Of a DNA stretch of 64,000 nucleotides, positions 1-12,100 are shown piece after piece; the first letter of the stretch is position 1, and the number at the start of each line of letters is the position of its first letter. Made by a program: the position numbers and the translations under genes. Below the pieces are notes generated by a model. That model made no database searches, was not told the DNA's origin, and worked only from the letters and a program-made list of their open reading frames with translations. The DNA lies in NCBI GenBank assembly GCA_965178125.1, contig OZ237751.1, positions 186,001 through 250,000 of the forward strand, read 5' to 3'. The stretch is from Bilabrum cf. latius. Lineage: Eukaryota.

Positions 1-3000
1 GGTCTGGCCGCGTACTCTCACGGAGATCCGGGCCTCAGGGAGGTGGCGGTGCAGGAGGTCGCTCTGGCGGAAGCGGTCAGGCGAGCGGGGCCGGGCGGAT
101 TCTCCGCTGGGGGCGGTGGGGGCCCCTAGAGCCAGTCGTAGCAGGGAGGCATCCAGGGCCGTGATGGAGTTGCATCCCCCCAGGACCTATCCGCGAGGGG
201 GGCGGCCGAAGCGGCTGCGCTGGAGCGGACGCGGGCCCACCGCGAGGCATTGTTCGGCAGCGGAGCCGAACCCGGCACCCCGGGTCAGGGGGGCCCCGGC
301 GCATCGACCCCGCGCAAGCAGCGGTCGATGGCGCTGTCCCCCGAGGCGGTCAAGACCCGCATGCTGGACCAGGTGCAGCAGGCCGGCTTCGCGGCCGAGC
401 ACGCTGGCTGGCGACCCCCCCACGTGGGTGTGCAGCTGGAGCACGCGGAGGCCCAGGCATCAGACAGGGCGGGAGCGCCGGGCATGTCACCCGCCGCTGT
501 GGCCCTGTACTGCTACCGCACGGCGGCGCGTGCGCTGGCCCTCCGGCTGCTCACTCTGGAGCTGCTGGCCGTGTCGGCGGGGGCGCCCGGCTCCCTTCTG
601 TCCAACCGCGGCGAGGAGCTCAGCGCGGACCACGAGCTGATCGAGCGCGTGATCGATGCGTCGGGGAGGGGCGGAAGGGGAGACATCCCGGGCGGGGCAG
701 CGGGCAACGTGGGCGCCGTGGCCATCTGCCGGTACATCTGCTAGAGCGCCACGGAGTCGGCGGTGCGAGGCGCGGCGCGGCTCACCGAGGCTGCCGCGAG
801 GGCCGGGGCACAGGGGGGAGATGGGCCAGGGTCCGGCGATGCCGCCGAGCCGGGGGCCGCGTACGCTTCTCCGCTCAAATCTGCCGCCGTGTCGTAGGCT
901 GTGCTGGAGGCGCGCTAGCAGGCTGTGCGGGAGGGTGCGGGCGCGGGGACAGCCGCCGCACCCGGTGGATCGTTTGGCGCGGCGATGGGGAAGGGGCTCT
1001 TCCGCCCTTTTTCGCAATCCTCCATAGGCACGGACTCGTCAGGAGGCAGCGGGCAGCCGGGCGCGTTGCCCGGCGTGCCCCAGCCGCTGCGCATGGCCTT
1101 CGCGCGCGCCGTCGTGGAGTGCCTCTCTGTGACACACGCACCCGAGGCGGAGACGGCTATGGGGGACGCGGCCGCGACCGTCGGGCTCCGGCTGGCTGCC
1201 TTCCGACGGATGCATGACGCGGGAACGGCCGTCCGGCTGTGCCCAGGAGGGCTCGCCGGGTGGCTGGGAGCAGACCGGGCAGCCGAGGCGCTGGCTGCCG
1301 CTGGCAGGGGAAGCGGTACCGGGGGTGGGGGCGTGTCGCCGCCGGGGGCCTACCTGCAGGCCGCCCTTGCGAACGCGAAGCGGCTGAACGTGCTGCCCAC
1401 CACTGCTCTCATGGCTGCGGCAGATGCGGCGCTGGACCGCAGCTCCAATGCACTCGCGAGCGGTGGGACCCGCAGCAAGCAGAGCCAGGTGGAGACGAGC
1501 GAGGGCGTGGCGGACGAGCTCGACGGGGCCGCGGCTCCCTACGGCGATTCCTTCCTCTTCGACGTGGAGGCGGCCGCGGCGCGGCTGGGTCTGCGGAGGC
1601 AGTGGCGGGCCATCCGTCAGAGGAGGTCAGCCCGCTGGGGCATGGACAACGCCAAGGCCGTGGTGATGCTGCGGCGGGCCGCTCGCTCGCTGACCTCGGC
1701 GGGGGACGGGCCTGGCAGCCCGGTGAAGAAGAGCTGGGGCAGGGGAGCGAGGCCCGCAGCGGCTGGCGCATTCGCCGCCGCGAGAGGTGCCGCCTTGTCG
1801 TCGTCGTCAGCGTCGATGGCAGGCGCCGGCGGCCGCGTCAAGCTCGTGTTTGGCGGTCCCCGGAGCCTCTCCGAAGAGGACGAGGCGCAGCTGGTGCAGG
1901 ACTACCTGGTGGCCTCCGCGGCCGGGTGGGGCCCTCTCCCGCCGGACAATCAGGCGGCGTGCGGCATCGCCGAAGTCGCCGGGGCCCTGCGGCTCGCCCG
2001 CGCAGAGGAGCAGAAGAGGGTGAGGGAGAGGCAGGCGCGCCTCGGGGCCAGGTGGGGGGCGCGCACAGGGCAGCAGAGAGGCATGCTTGAGAACGGCACC
2101 GGGACCGCGGTAGAGGGCGACGGCGAGGACGGCGAGGACGAGGAGGACGAGGACGGTTCGAGCCTGCCGGAGGACCTGGCGCAGCTGGTGCCTGCCGTGG
2201 CGGCGGCACACGAAGCCGCCGAGGAGGAGAGAGACCAGCTGCAGGCGCTGTGGGCCATCGCCGGGTTCAACTGCGTGGCTTCCATCTCGGAGGTGCAGCT
2301 GGACCTGTGCTGCTCCTGGCGCGGGTTCCTAGAGAAAACGATGGGCTTCACCCTTCCGCGCACCCCGCAGGCCGTCTCTTGCCTCAAAGCCCTGCGCACC
2401 AACCAGCTGCAGCTTCCTCTGTACAGCCTGTCGCACAAGACGCCCTACTTCGTGGCGCTCGCGCTCGTGGCTAGGCTGCGGCAGGCTGACCTGGGCGACT
2501 CGATCGTGCTGCAGGCGGCCGTGCACCAGGCCCGGCTGCTCTCCGCTAGCCTGCTAGGGCAGTTCTACGGGGCAGTGCGTGTGCCCTCGAGGAGACACAA
2601 GGGCTCCAGGGAGGCCAGGAGGAAGGCGGACAAGGAGAGCGAGGAATATGCGAGAGCGGGGCTGGCGGCCGACTAGGGCAACGGAGAAGCGGCCGCCGAT
2701 GGGCTGGAGATCCCCATGAGTCCGCCCATGGGCGCGCAGGCAAGTCCTCACAGCGACGACGACTTCCGACCCGAGACCCCTATGCACGCCGCGAGCGAGG
2801 TCGAGCTGGCCGGGCTGAGCACCCTGCACAACGTGATGGAGTCGTTCGGGTCGGCCGAGGTGGCCCGTCTGCTGCTCGCGGTGGTGGGCTCCGTCAAGAA
2901 CGTGCGGGCGGTGCTCGGGGGCGAGAGCCAGAGGGTCGTGCGGGCCTTTTTGGCCCTGCGAGCCGCGGCGAAAGGGACCTCGCGGGCGTCGGGGAGGGGA

Positions 3001-6000
3001 GGCAGGCCGTCTGTGTCGGCCTCCTTGAATCCGGCCGGGGACAGCTCCGTGCTGGGCCAGGTGGCCGCGCAGGGGCGCGGGGATGGTCAGGTGGGAGGGC
3101 TGTCGGCGGCCGCAGCAGAGGACCAGCTGGCCGCCACGGTGGGCATGTCACGGTCGCTGCTGGCCACGGACTTGGTGGGCTCGCTGCTGTGCTCCGCGAG
3201 CGTTCTGGTGACGTTCATGCGGCGAAGGGTCTCCCGGCTGGAGCTGGAGGTGCGGCGCGTGAGGGCGCGCAGGGCCAAGGGCCTCCGGGAGGACGTGGTG
3301 GGGGACGTGGACGCTGCGTCTCACGCGGGTGTGAGCAGGCGCGACCCCCGCACCCCGCGCGTTGGTACACCCGCCGGACGGGGCCGCAGGGGCAGCCTCA
3401 TCGCCCAGTCCACCGCGGCTCGGGAGGCGCGGCAGGCCTCCGCCCAGCGGCAGGCAGTCCCCGTGTTCTCCCCAGGCCGCTCCCGCCCGGCTAGGGCGAG
3501 GGAACAGGCGAGACGAGACAGCACGGCGCAGTTCGCGGCCCGCAGTGACCCCGAGGAGCTGGCCGAAGAGAGGGAGGAGGAGCTGGCGAGCCCGCTGGGA
3601 GCCGCGCAAAAGCAGTGCAGGAGGATGGCGCTGGCAGCGCTCCCGCTCGCGTGCGCGTATGTGCGAGACGCCACCGCGCTGCTGCTGCCGTCATGGTCCG
3701 GGCACGGCGGGCTGGGCGCCGCGGTGTCCGGTACGGCGAGCACGAGCAAGCGCGCCTCCGGACGCGGTGCCTTCGCCGCCCGTGGCCAGGCCACCCGCGG
3801 TGTGCAGGACCTCCGCAGGATCATGGAGTCTGGGAGGCACCCGCTGCTGCTGGCGGCGGAGCGGCAGGCGCGGCAGGCCACGAGCCTCCTCAGCCTGTGC
3901 TGCGAGGCACTGGGCGATGCCGCCCTGTTCCTGCCCGTGCTCAAGCAGTTCGGGGTCATCCCGGCCCTGGTGAGCCTGGGCATGGCCTCGTGCGCGCAGG
4001 TGGCGACCATATTCGACCAGCACGAGTCGGCTTGGCGCGGTGTCTGGCCCGCCCTGGAGGCGGACAGGCGCCGCCGGAGGGAGCGGGAGCAGCGCATGCT
4101 GGACGAGGGCTCTTGGCGGGGCGTCGACTCGCCGCACTTCGAGCTCCCGCTGGCCGTGTCGGACAGCCACGAGGCAGCCGCCGTGCTCGCCGAGAAGCGC
4201 TCCGCCGGCGGCTGCCTGTACGTGGCCGAGGCGGAGACCAGGGCCGTGTCCGATGCCAGGGTGGAGACGGCGGAGCTGTGCGTGACGACTCTGCTGGGGC
4301 TGTCAAAGAGCAGCCGGGCCAGCCAGATGCTGCTCGCAGCACGAGCCGATGGGCTGCTCCTCGCCAATCCGCTGTTCGACCGCATGGAGAGCGTGATGCG
4401 GTCCAGGGGACAGGCCAACGCACTGGGACTCATCCGACCCCACCCCAAGAAGCACCAGGTGCACCGCGTGGACCCCGCGGCGGTAGACGCTAGGTTTGAC
4501 GGCGTCGGTTGGGGCCTCGGGCCCGCGGTGTTTCGGGGCTACGACGACCTGGGCCGCATCAACCCCGCCCACATGCTGTGGCTGCGTTGCCTGGACTTGG
4601 TTCACACGCTGGTGCGCAGGCTGGACCGATCCTACGAGATCGTGGCGCAGCACTCGAGGGCGGCGATCAAGGCGAGGGCGCGGCGGGCGAGGAGGGAAGA
4701 AGCGCGCAGGACCCGCAATTCGGCGGGTCATCGCGCGCGCTCCCCGTCGGAAGCACCGTCCCATGCCAGCGAGGACTCGGTGCGGGACGGTGACTTCGGG
4801 ACGGAGGCCTCGACGGGCATGAGCGACAGCAGGGCGCACAGATTCAGCGAGGAGCTTGAGAGGCACATCAGCGACCAGGCCGACGAGATCGCTGCGGTGG
4901 ACCCCTCCATCGCCAGGGCGGCCTTCTTGACCAGGCAGGAGCTCAATCAGTAGGAAGAGGCCGCCGGTGACGGATTCGGAGCCGATATTCGCCAGCGCGA
5001 GCGCGACGGCGGCTGGGGCAGCGGTGCACCCTCCCCACAGCCCTCGGGCGGCCCTCACGGGACCGAGGCCGGGGAGGGGATGGGCATCGCTGCCTTCCTG
5101 GGCATCGACGAGCCGGGCGCTTGGGACGGGGAGGGCGGCGGGAGTCCCACCGGGGGCAGCAGCCCCATGGCTTCCCCTAGAGCGGGGGGACCTCCCTCGA
5201 TGGTTCGGCAGGACAGTCTCGCGTACACGGAGCACGGCCAGCTGCTGGGCTCTCCTTCCGCAGGGCAGGGCGCTGCGGCACCGGCGACCCCGTGGGCCGC
5301 GGTAACGCCTGCCGGGGGTGCGGCCCTGCGGGCGTCGTAGCTGACAATGGACGTGCCGCGGGGCATAGGGAACAACAATGGCCTCTTCGGGGCCAACGGT
5401 GGCGTCAACTCCTGGCACGCGGCGGCGGGGGCTCCCACCCAGCCGGGAGGCGGCGGGCCGGATGCCCCGGTGGCCGTCGACTCGGCCGGCGGCCCAGCAG
5501 GCGCGCGGGCAGTGTACAAGGGGCGCCGCAGCCTGCAGCCCCGGGAGCTCCGCGTGTTTGAGATCGCGTAGCGGCTGTCCTCGCGGGCCAGCGAGGTCCT
5601 GTACGCCGTGCTGGACAGGTTCCAGGCGACTGCCGTGTCGGCTCTGTCCGGCCGGGTCATGACCCTGCAGGGGCTGCGGGAATCGGGCCAGGTGGCGCGC
5701 GTGGTGGCGCTGGCCCTCAGCGAGCGTCACGCCCAGATCTGGAGGCTGCGGTGCGCGGCACAGGCCGATCTCTCCGTGTCCTCTCAGGCAGCCGCCGGCG
5801 TGCCACCGAGCGAGCGGCAGCGGCCCGTCGACCTAGTCACGAGGTATTTGGAGGCGCTGCAGGGCACCGTGAGGGACTTTTCCGTGTGCCTGGGCAGCGG
5901 GAAGTCCAGAGCGGACTGGCAGGGGGCGCCCGCTGGGATGTAGGGCTCGCAGGCTGGTGCTCGCGACGACATGACTCTCTCGAGCGGGATCGACGGGGCG

Positions 6001-8850
6001 CGGCGGCCCTCGCTGGATCGGGCGCAGCTGGCCCAAGAGCTGGGCAAGGGGCCGGGGTCTGTCGCGGGCCGGCCGAGGCGGACTTCGAGCCTGGGCATGT
6101 CAGATTCTGTGGCGGGCGAGACCGAGAGCGCGCGGACCTCTGGCCTCGCGGCAACCGTGGGGCCGGGCAACACTGACGCGCAAACCGCGGTAGCGAATGA
6201 TAGCGGGGCGCTGAACCGTTGGAAGCTGGAGCAGTTCCACGGAGTGACCTTCGTGCCGGTGGATCCCGAGGAGAGGGAGGCCGGCAAGAAGCAGCGGCTG
6301 GCCGCGGGAGACGAGGCCATGCTGCTGGCGGGGGGCGGCGCGGCCGGCCTAGCCGCCGTCGGTGCCAACGCGATGGAGTCGGCCGCCCGGTCGCAGATGG
6401 GCAGCGGCACTCCGCAGAAGCAGAGAGGCGGCGCTGCCCGGGGCCAGGCACCCATGGATGGCGTGTCGCGCCCCAAGTCGTCGCTCGGCGGCGTGGCGTC
6501 GATCGCGAGACGGGGGTCCCGCAGCCGGTCCCGCCGCAAGCGGCGCAGGCAGATGACGGCCCTGGAGAAGATGGAAGCGGAACTCATCGCGCAGGGTCAG
6601 GGTGCTTATCTGGGTGCCGACGAGGAGATGGGACCCGGGGGCCTAGGGAGGGCGAGAGGCCTGGGGCTGGACGAGGACGAGGACGAGGGCAGCACGGGAG
6701 GTGGGGCGGGATAGACTGGGGACAGTGCCGGCGGGCTAGGCGCGCTGGGCGTAGAGCGCATGCCGTCGGTGGGCGCCGCGCTTGCCAGGGCGGAAGAGGA
6801 GATGGAGGACGAGATGTCCGTGTCGCTGCGCGTGTTCGATGCCTTCGTGCAGCGAGAGCTCGTGCCGGCCGTGCGGGAGGTGATGACAGCCTGCGTCGCC
6901 GCCACTGCAGTGAGGCTGGCACCGGCCCGCAAGGCCCACGCAAAGACGATCGTGATTAGATACAGGCAAGAGAAGGAGCGCGCCAAGGCGGCCTCCAACG
7001 CGCGCGACAGCCCCGGGCCGAGGGAGGCCCACAGGATGTCCAGCAACGGCAATTCCAGCCAGAGCCACGGGAGGCTCGATTCATCCTCACACGGAAGCAA
7101 GGGCAGGAGGGCTGGCAGCAGCTTGCGCAGCCCTACCAGCAGCGGCTCGCGGGGCCGCAGCCGCAGCCGAAGCCCATCCGCGCTCGGAGGCAGCGGGGGT
7201 CGGTTCCGTCGATCCGGTTCGCAGGACAGCCACGGCTCCCAGGACAGCACCAGGGCAGCTTCGGTTGGTGGCGATGCAGCCGGTGGCGGGCGCCGTGGCA
7301 AGGGCGGTGTCAGGCTGCAGGTGGGCGAGGAGGGCCTGCCGGCCGCGTTCGGCGGGGCGGGTGCGTACGAGGAGGCGGTGAAGGAAGCCGTGGTGCATGC
7401 CGACGCGGTGGCGCTGGCTGCCACGGACGCCCAGCAGGCGCAGGCTGCCATCGATCGCGGCCTCGACTTTGAGCCGGGGGCGGGCCTCCGCCGGGTGCTG
7501 CGCGCGGTGGGTCTTTCCGCCGCCACTGCCACAGCGGGCGAGCGCGACTGGCTGGTGGTGTCCCCCGGGCTGGGGCACCTGCTGCTGCTGCTCGAGTACT
7601 GTGTCGCGAGGGGCCAGGTGGCCGACATGTACACGGACAAGGTCGCGACAGGGGCGGGAGGGGCCGTGGTGGACGGTGCCGCGTCCACCTCGACCGCAGG
7701 CGCCGGTGGCGGGAATCCCATAGCGCAGGTGATCGCTCGGCGCGGCACGCACGGTGACTACGACGTGCGGCTTGACCTGGCGGGCGTGTCGGTGGGCGGG
7801 GGTGGGGGCGGGGCCGCCACTGCCTCTGGTTCCGCGACGGGAGGCACATCGGGGGCCAGCACGGTGGGCAGCGAGCTTGGCGGGAGCAGCACCAGCGTGG
7901 CCGTGCTGCTCCGGCCCCAGCTCCGGCAGCTGGCCCGTCTCACGCTCCTCCTGCTCACGCGGGCCGTGGAGTCGTTCGCCACTCTGGCTCCGCAGGACGT
8001 TGTGAGCATGTACGACCCAAAGGCGTACGAGTCGGCGGCTGCCGCGGTGCACCGCATTGACATGCAGATCAAGGTGAGTCGTGCGAGCGAGGCCCAGCAG
8101 AACGCTCTCAGGCAGAAGCGCAAGAGGGAAGAAGAGAAGCTCTGGAGGCTGACGGACGGCGCCGCGAGGGCGGGTCAGTTCCAGGTGACTCCGCAGGCTC
8201 AGAGGCAGTATCAGGAGCAGCTGAGGCACGTGGCGGAGGCGCTCCGAAAATCCGTGGGGGACGCCGGCATGGCGCTGCATGCGATCGAGTCGGGAGAAGG
8301 CAGGGCGCGCGCCAGTGGTGGATCTGTGGGCAGCTTCAGCCGAGGCGGCGGCGGCGGTTTCTCAACGGGCGGGCGCTCCGGCGGACTGGCGTCCGGGCTG
8401 TCGGGGGCGCTGGGCTCTGGCGCCGGGAGGGGCGCCACGGGCGTCTCCGGCGGGGGCTAGTCGGCTCGGTCTTAGCTGCATCGCGCCACCGCCGCGCAGC
8501 AGCAGACGCAGCGGCTGGGTTACGTGGCGAGCGACCCGCTGTCCGTGGCTCGATTCGTGGCGTTCTGCAGGCGGGTGCTCCTGCACCGCGCTGGCATGCC
8601 GGCGCAGGTGGGCGGGGCCCGGCGGCTGGAGATCGATGAGGCAAACCGGATCGTGCCGCAGGGCGCAGGCCGGGAGCCGGGCAAAGAGGCGGGGGCGGAG
8701 GGCGGCAGGAGGCAGGGGTCGAGGTCGCCTAGGAGGTCACAGAGCCGCGGGAGGAGGGGCGTGGTGTCGAGGGCGGCCCTGCGGGCGGGCAATCTTCAGC
8801 TGCAGCGCGGGGTGATGAGCGGCCGGATGATGAGTCAGAGGGGCTTCTGA
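1..8850 (+). CDS. NUP188: Nucleoporin Nup188-like protein, 5'-truncated by the window edge; 13 in-frame TAG read as sense
   Basis: ORF pieces starting at 250, 925, 2716, 5080, 5347, 5608, 5971, 6760 and 8524 share one frame that is open from base 1. They are separated only by TAG (127, 139, 742, 895, 916, 2674, 4951, 5338, 5569, 5941, 6712, 8458, 8473) and end at TGA 8848-8850. Segments YGDSFLFDVEAAAARLG, FNCVASISEVQLDLCCSWRGFLE and AHMLWLRCLDLVHTLVRRL resemble Nup188 C-terminal helical motifs as I recall them. Confidence 0.6.
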
Positions 8851-9143
8851 TGGGCTTCCGTGGGGGTGTGACGTATTGATCGGATCGGATCTGCCCTCAA
8901 TGGCCCAACTCGGGAAGATAATATAGACTCTAGAATGAACATGGAACGCAAGTATCGAAACTCTCCTTTCTCTTGAGCGCTATTGTGCTTGTGAAGGCTT
9001 CCGGCTCAGCATGGACACCGCAGGGGAAACGCGCTTGGGTTATTGTCCAGTGCACCCCAGGAGCGCCGAACCTTCTGCGAACAGTCGGATCGTGGCGAAC
9101 AGATCCGGGGGATATACGCAGGATCTGGCCAGAACTGGGCATC

Positions 9144-12100
9144 ATGGTAGACGCTTTGGCAAAGCATTACCTGTTTCTTGTGAGGTATGCTCGAATTTAG
9201 CTAGTTAAGGCAGCGCTTGTTACTGCTACACCCGCCGCCGCGCAGGATCGACCAATTCCACCTCGGTACTCCCTAAATTCGTCCAACGCTTCGCAGGCCC
9301 TCTAGGAGCAGCTAGGACAGTATGTTGTTGGGCTTAAACCTGAAGCCCTCTCGCTGTCCGTCATGTCCGGCCAAGTTAGACTCGTTGACCTTGAGGTCCG
9401 GCCCGAGGCTCTGGATGGACTTGGATTGCCAGTCAAGGTAGTGTCAGGATCGATAGGCGCCATCGAGATCAACATAGACTCTTATTTTGCGTTAGCATCA
9501 ACTCCAATTCGAGTTGTGGTGAAGGATATATTCCTTTTGGTGAAGAAAGCCGTCCTGACACCAGACGAGATGGAGCGAAGGTCAAAGCAAGCTAAAATTG
9601 GGAATATCAAGCAAGCTTCAGTTCTCTGGAAGCAAGAGCGCGCAAGAGAGATTTCGAAGAAGTCTAGCAAAGGGGGTGACGCGGATGAAGCCATGCTTCC
9701 GGGCGGGATAGTCGGTCAGATCCTTGCAAACCTCTCCATTTCTGTGGAGAATTTCCACTTGCGGTATGAAGACGAGGATTCGAGCACTGCTGGAGGATTC
9801 GCCGCTGGGATCACGTTCAGCAGCTTCAGCAGCTCTCGCGCGAAACGAACCGCGGCCGAGAAGTCGGTCGAGATCGAGCGGCGCAACGCGGAGCTCGCCG
9901 CTCTGAGCGTCTACCTCGACCCCATGCAGACACCAGCAAGCAGCCTGGCCGGATTGAAGGGAGTTCCAAGGAGCCGCGCATTTCTCGCGTAGATCCACGG
10001 CGCCACAGGTGCCGGTGCACCGGCCGCGGCCCCCCGGCACAGCTACGTGCTGGAGCCCACCTCGGCTCACCTTGGGCTCGTGCTCAACCCAACCAAGCAC
10101 CACGGATATCCCAGCGTGGGCGCGTACCTCCGGGTGGATCGGCTGGGGATGGGCCTCGAACAGAGGCACATGCAGAGCTTGCTGTGCGCCCAGAGCTGGT
10201 ATGCCACCCGGCGGTACCGCCCGCTGCAGCGGCCGCGAGCGGGCCGGAGTGCGCGCGCCTGGTGGTGGTACGCCGTGCATTCCACCGTCGGGCAGACCTC
10301 GAAGGCGAACGCAGACGGAAACATTGGCGACGGCGGCGACAGGAGGTGGTTCTTCGGCCACAAGTGCAGCCGCATCACCGGTCTGAACAAGCGCAGGAAG
10401 CGCTACATTGAGCTGTACAAGGCGCACATTCGCAGGGAAGAGGAGGACCTGAGGAAGGGCAAGCCGGGCGAGCACCCGCCGCCCAAGGAAGAAGTAAAGG
10501 AGCTGGAATCGCTCGAGCTGCAGTTTTCCGTGCGGCAAGCTGTTCTGTTTAGGATCATGGCATCAAAGTACCTGGATGCAGAGATGGAGGCGAAGGAATC
10601 TGCAGAGAAGCAGCTGCAGGCCAAGGGGAAGGGTTCCATTGGCTCGTTCATGGGCTTCTCTGGGCCCAGCAAGGCGGATGAGGCGCGGATCCGAGCCATG
10701 GAGAGAGCCACCGCGGCCCGAGTGGGCCAGTCTCTCATCGCTGGGATCGACCTCCAGGCCGTGGACGACGCGTCCACGCTGTCGGCAGAGTACGAGAAGA
10801 TGAGGGTCGAGGTCAGTCTTGGCGAAGCCACGCTGGAGCTCAAGAAACAAGGGGCCCTCCCTGCGCCTGAGCTCCCACGCCGCAGCAGCGCCAGTGGGTC
10901 CGGCGGCCTTGGCAGGAAGCTGTCGTCCCGCAGGTCGGTTCTGGACCAGGCGCTGGAGCGGCAGGGAACGGCAGGAAGAGGCGCCTCGGAATCAAAGTCG
11001 AGCGGAGCCGCTGCGGGGAGAGAAGACGACCTCCCGTACGTCCTGCGTGCCTCAATCGGCGGTCGATTTGCGTTCGTGCAGAGGCCGAGCAGCTGGGCAA
11101 TGGAGCTGGCTCTGGACGATGCCAGGGTCTTGGACGGGTGCACCAGCGGGACCAAGTTCCCTACTGTGCTGGCCCCAACGGGCACCGACTTTGAGTCTCA
11201 GCCGACGGCCAGCCGACTGCTCGAGATCATGCCAGATGCGGCCCCGCCCGACCTTGCGGCAGACCCGCAGCTTGCCTTGGTGCTGGGCGGCGACGTGCCG
11301 GAGATGCACGAGCGGACAGGTGAGGAGGAGAGGGAGCTGGTGGCCCTCCGGGGGGAGCTATCCACCCTGACGATTCTTGGGCCGGCGATTGGTGCCAGCT
11401 CTGGGACGGGAACTGCAGCAGCCGGGGCTAGAAGGGGTGGTGGTGGCGGCCGCCGCCCGTTCGGCCTGGTCCGCATCGAGCAGCACCCGCTCGAGATGCA
11501 CGTAGGCCAGTCAAAGCCTAAGCCGCGGGAAGACATCGACTTCAGAGTATCTGTAGGCATCTTGCCGTGCGAGGCCGTGCTGGCCACCCCGCTGATCGAG
11601 GCAGTTGGGGTGTTCTTCTCTCGGCCCGTGGCTGCCGCAATGTCCAACTCCTTCTCTTCCGAGCTGTCGGCCTCCCTGGATGCCATCAATCAGTCCGCGC
11701 AGCAGGATCTGTACGCTATCATGGCGAGCAAGCCCACGATCGATGTGCGGATGCTTGTAGGAGCGTCCCATGTGATGTGCCCCGACAGGTGCGACACGCT
11801 CGGCGCTCCGCTGCTTGTGGCAGAGCTGGGCGAGCTGTGGCTCCTCTCTCGCGGCCAAAGGCGGGCAGAGGGACAGGAAGAAATGGATGTCACCGAGGCA
11901 GACGTGCGGCGAATCGCGGCGGAATCAGAGGCGGGAAGGCACCGGGACCATGCGAGCGAGGCTGCAGCCTCAGGGGCGGGAGCTGGCGGCAGTGGGCGTG
12001 ATGGTGGTGGCAGCGAGCAGGAAGCATCAGGGGGCGGGGCCTGGGTCGTGGGGGACCCCGACTCGTCCTATCGAGTGGAGGACACCATCGAGACCCGCAG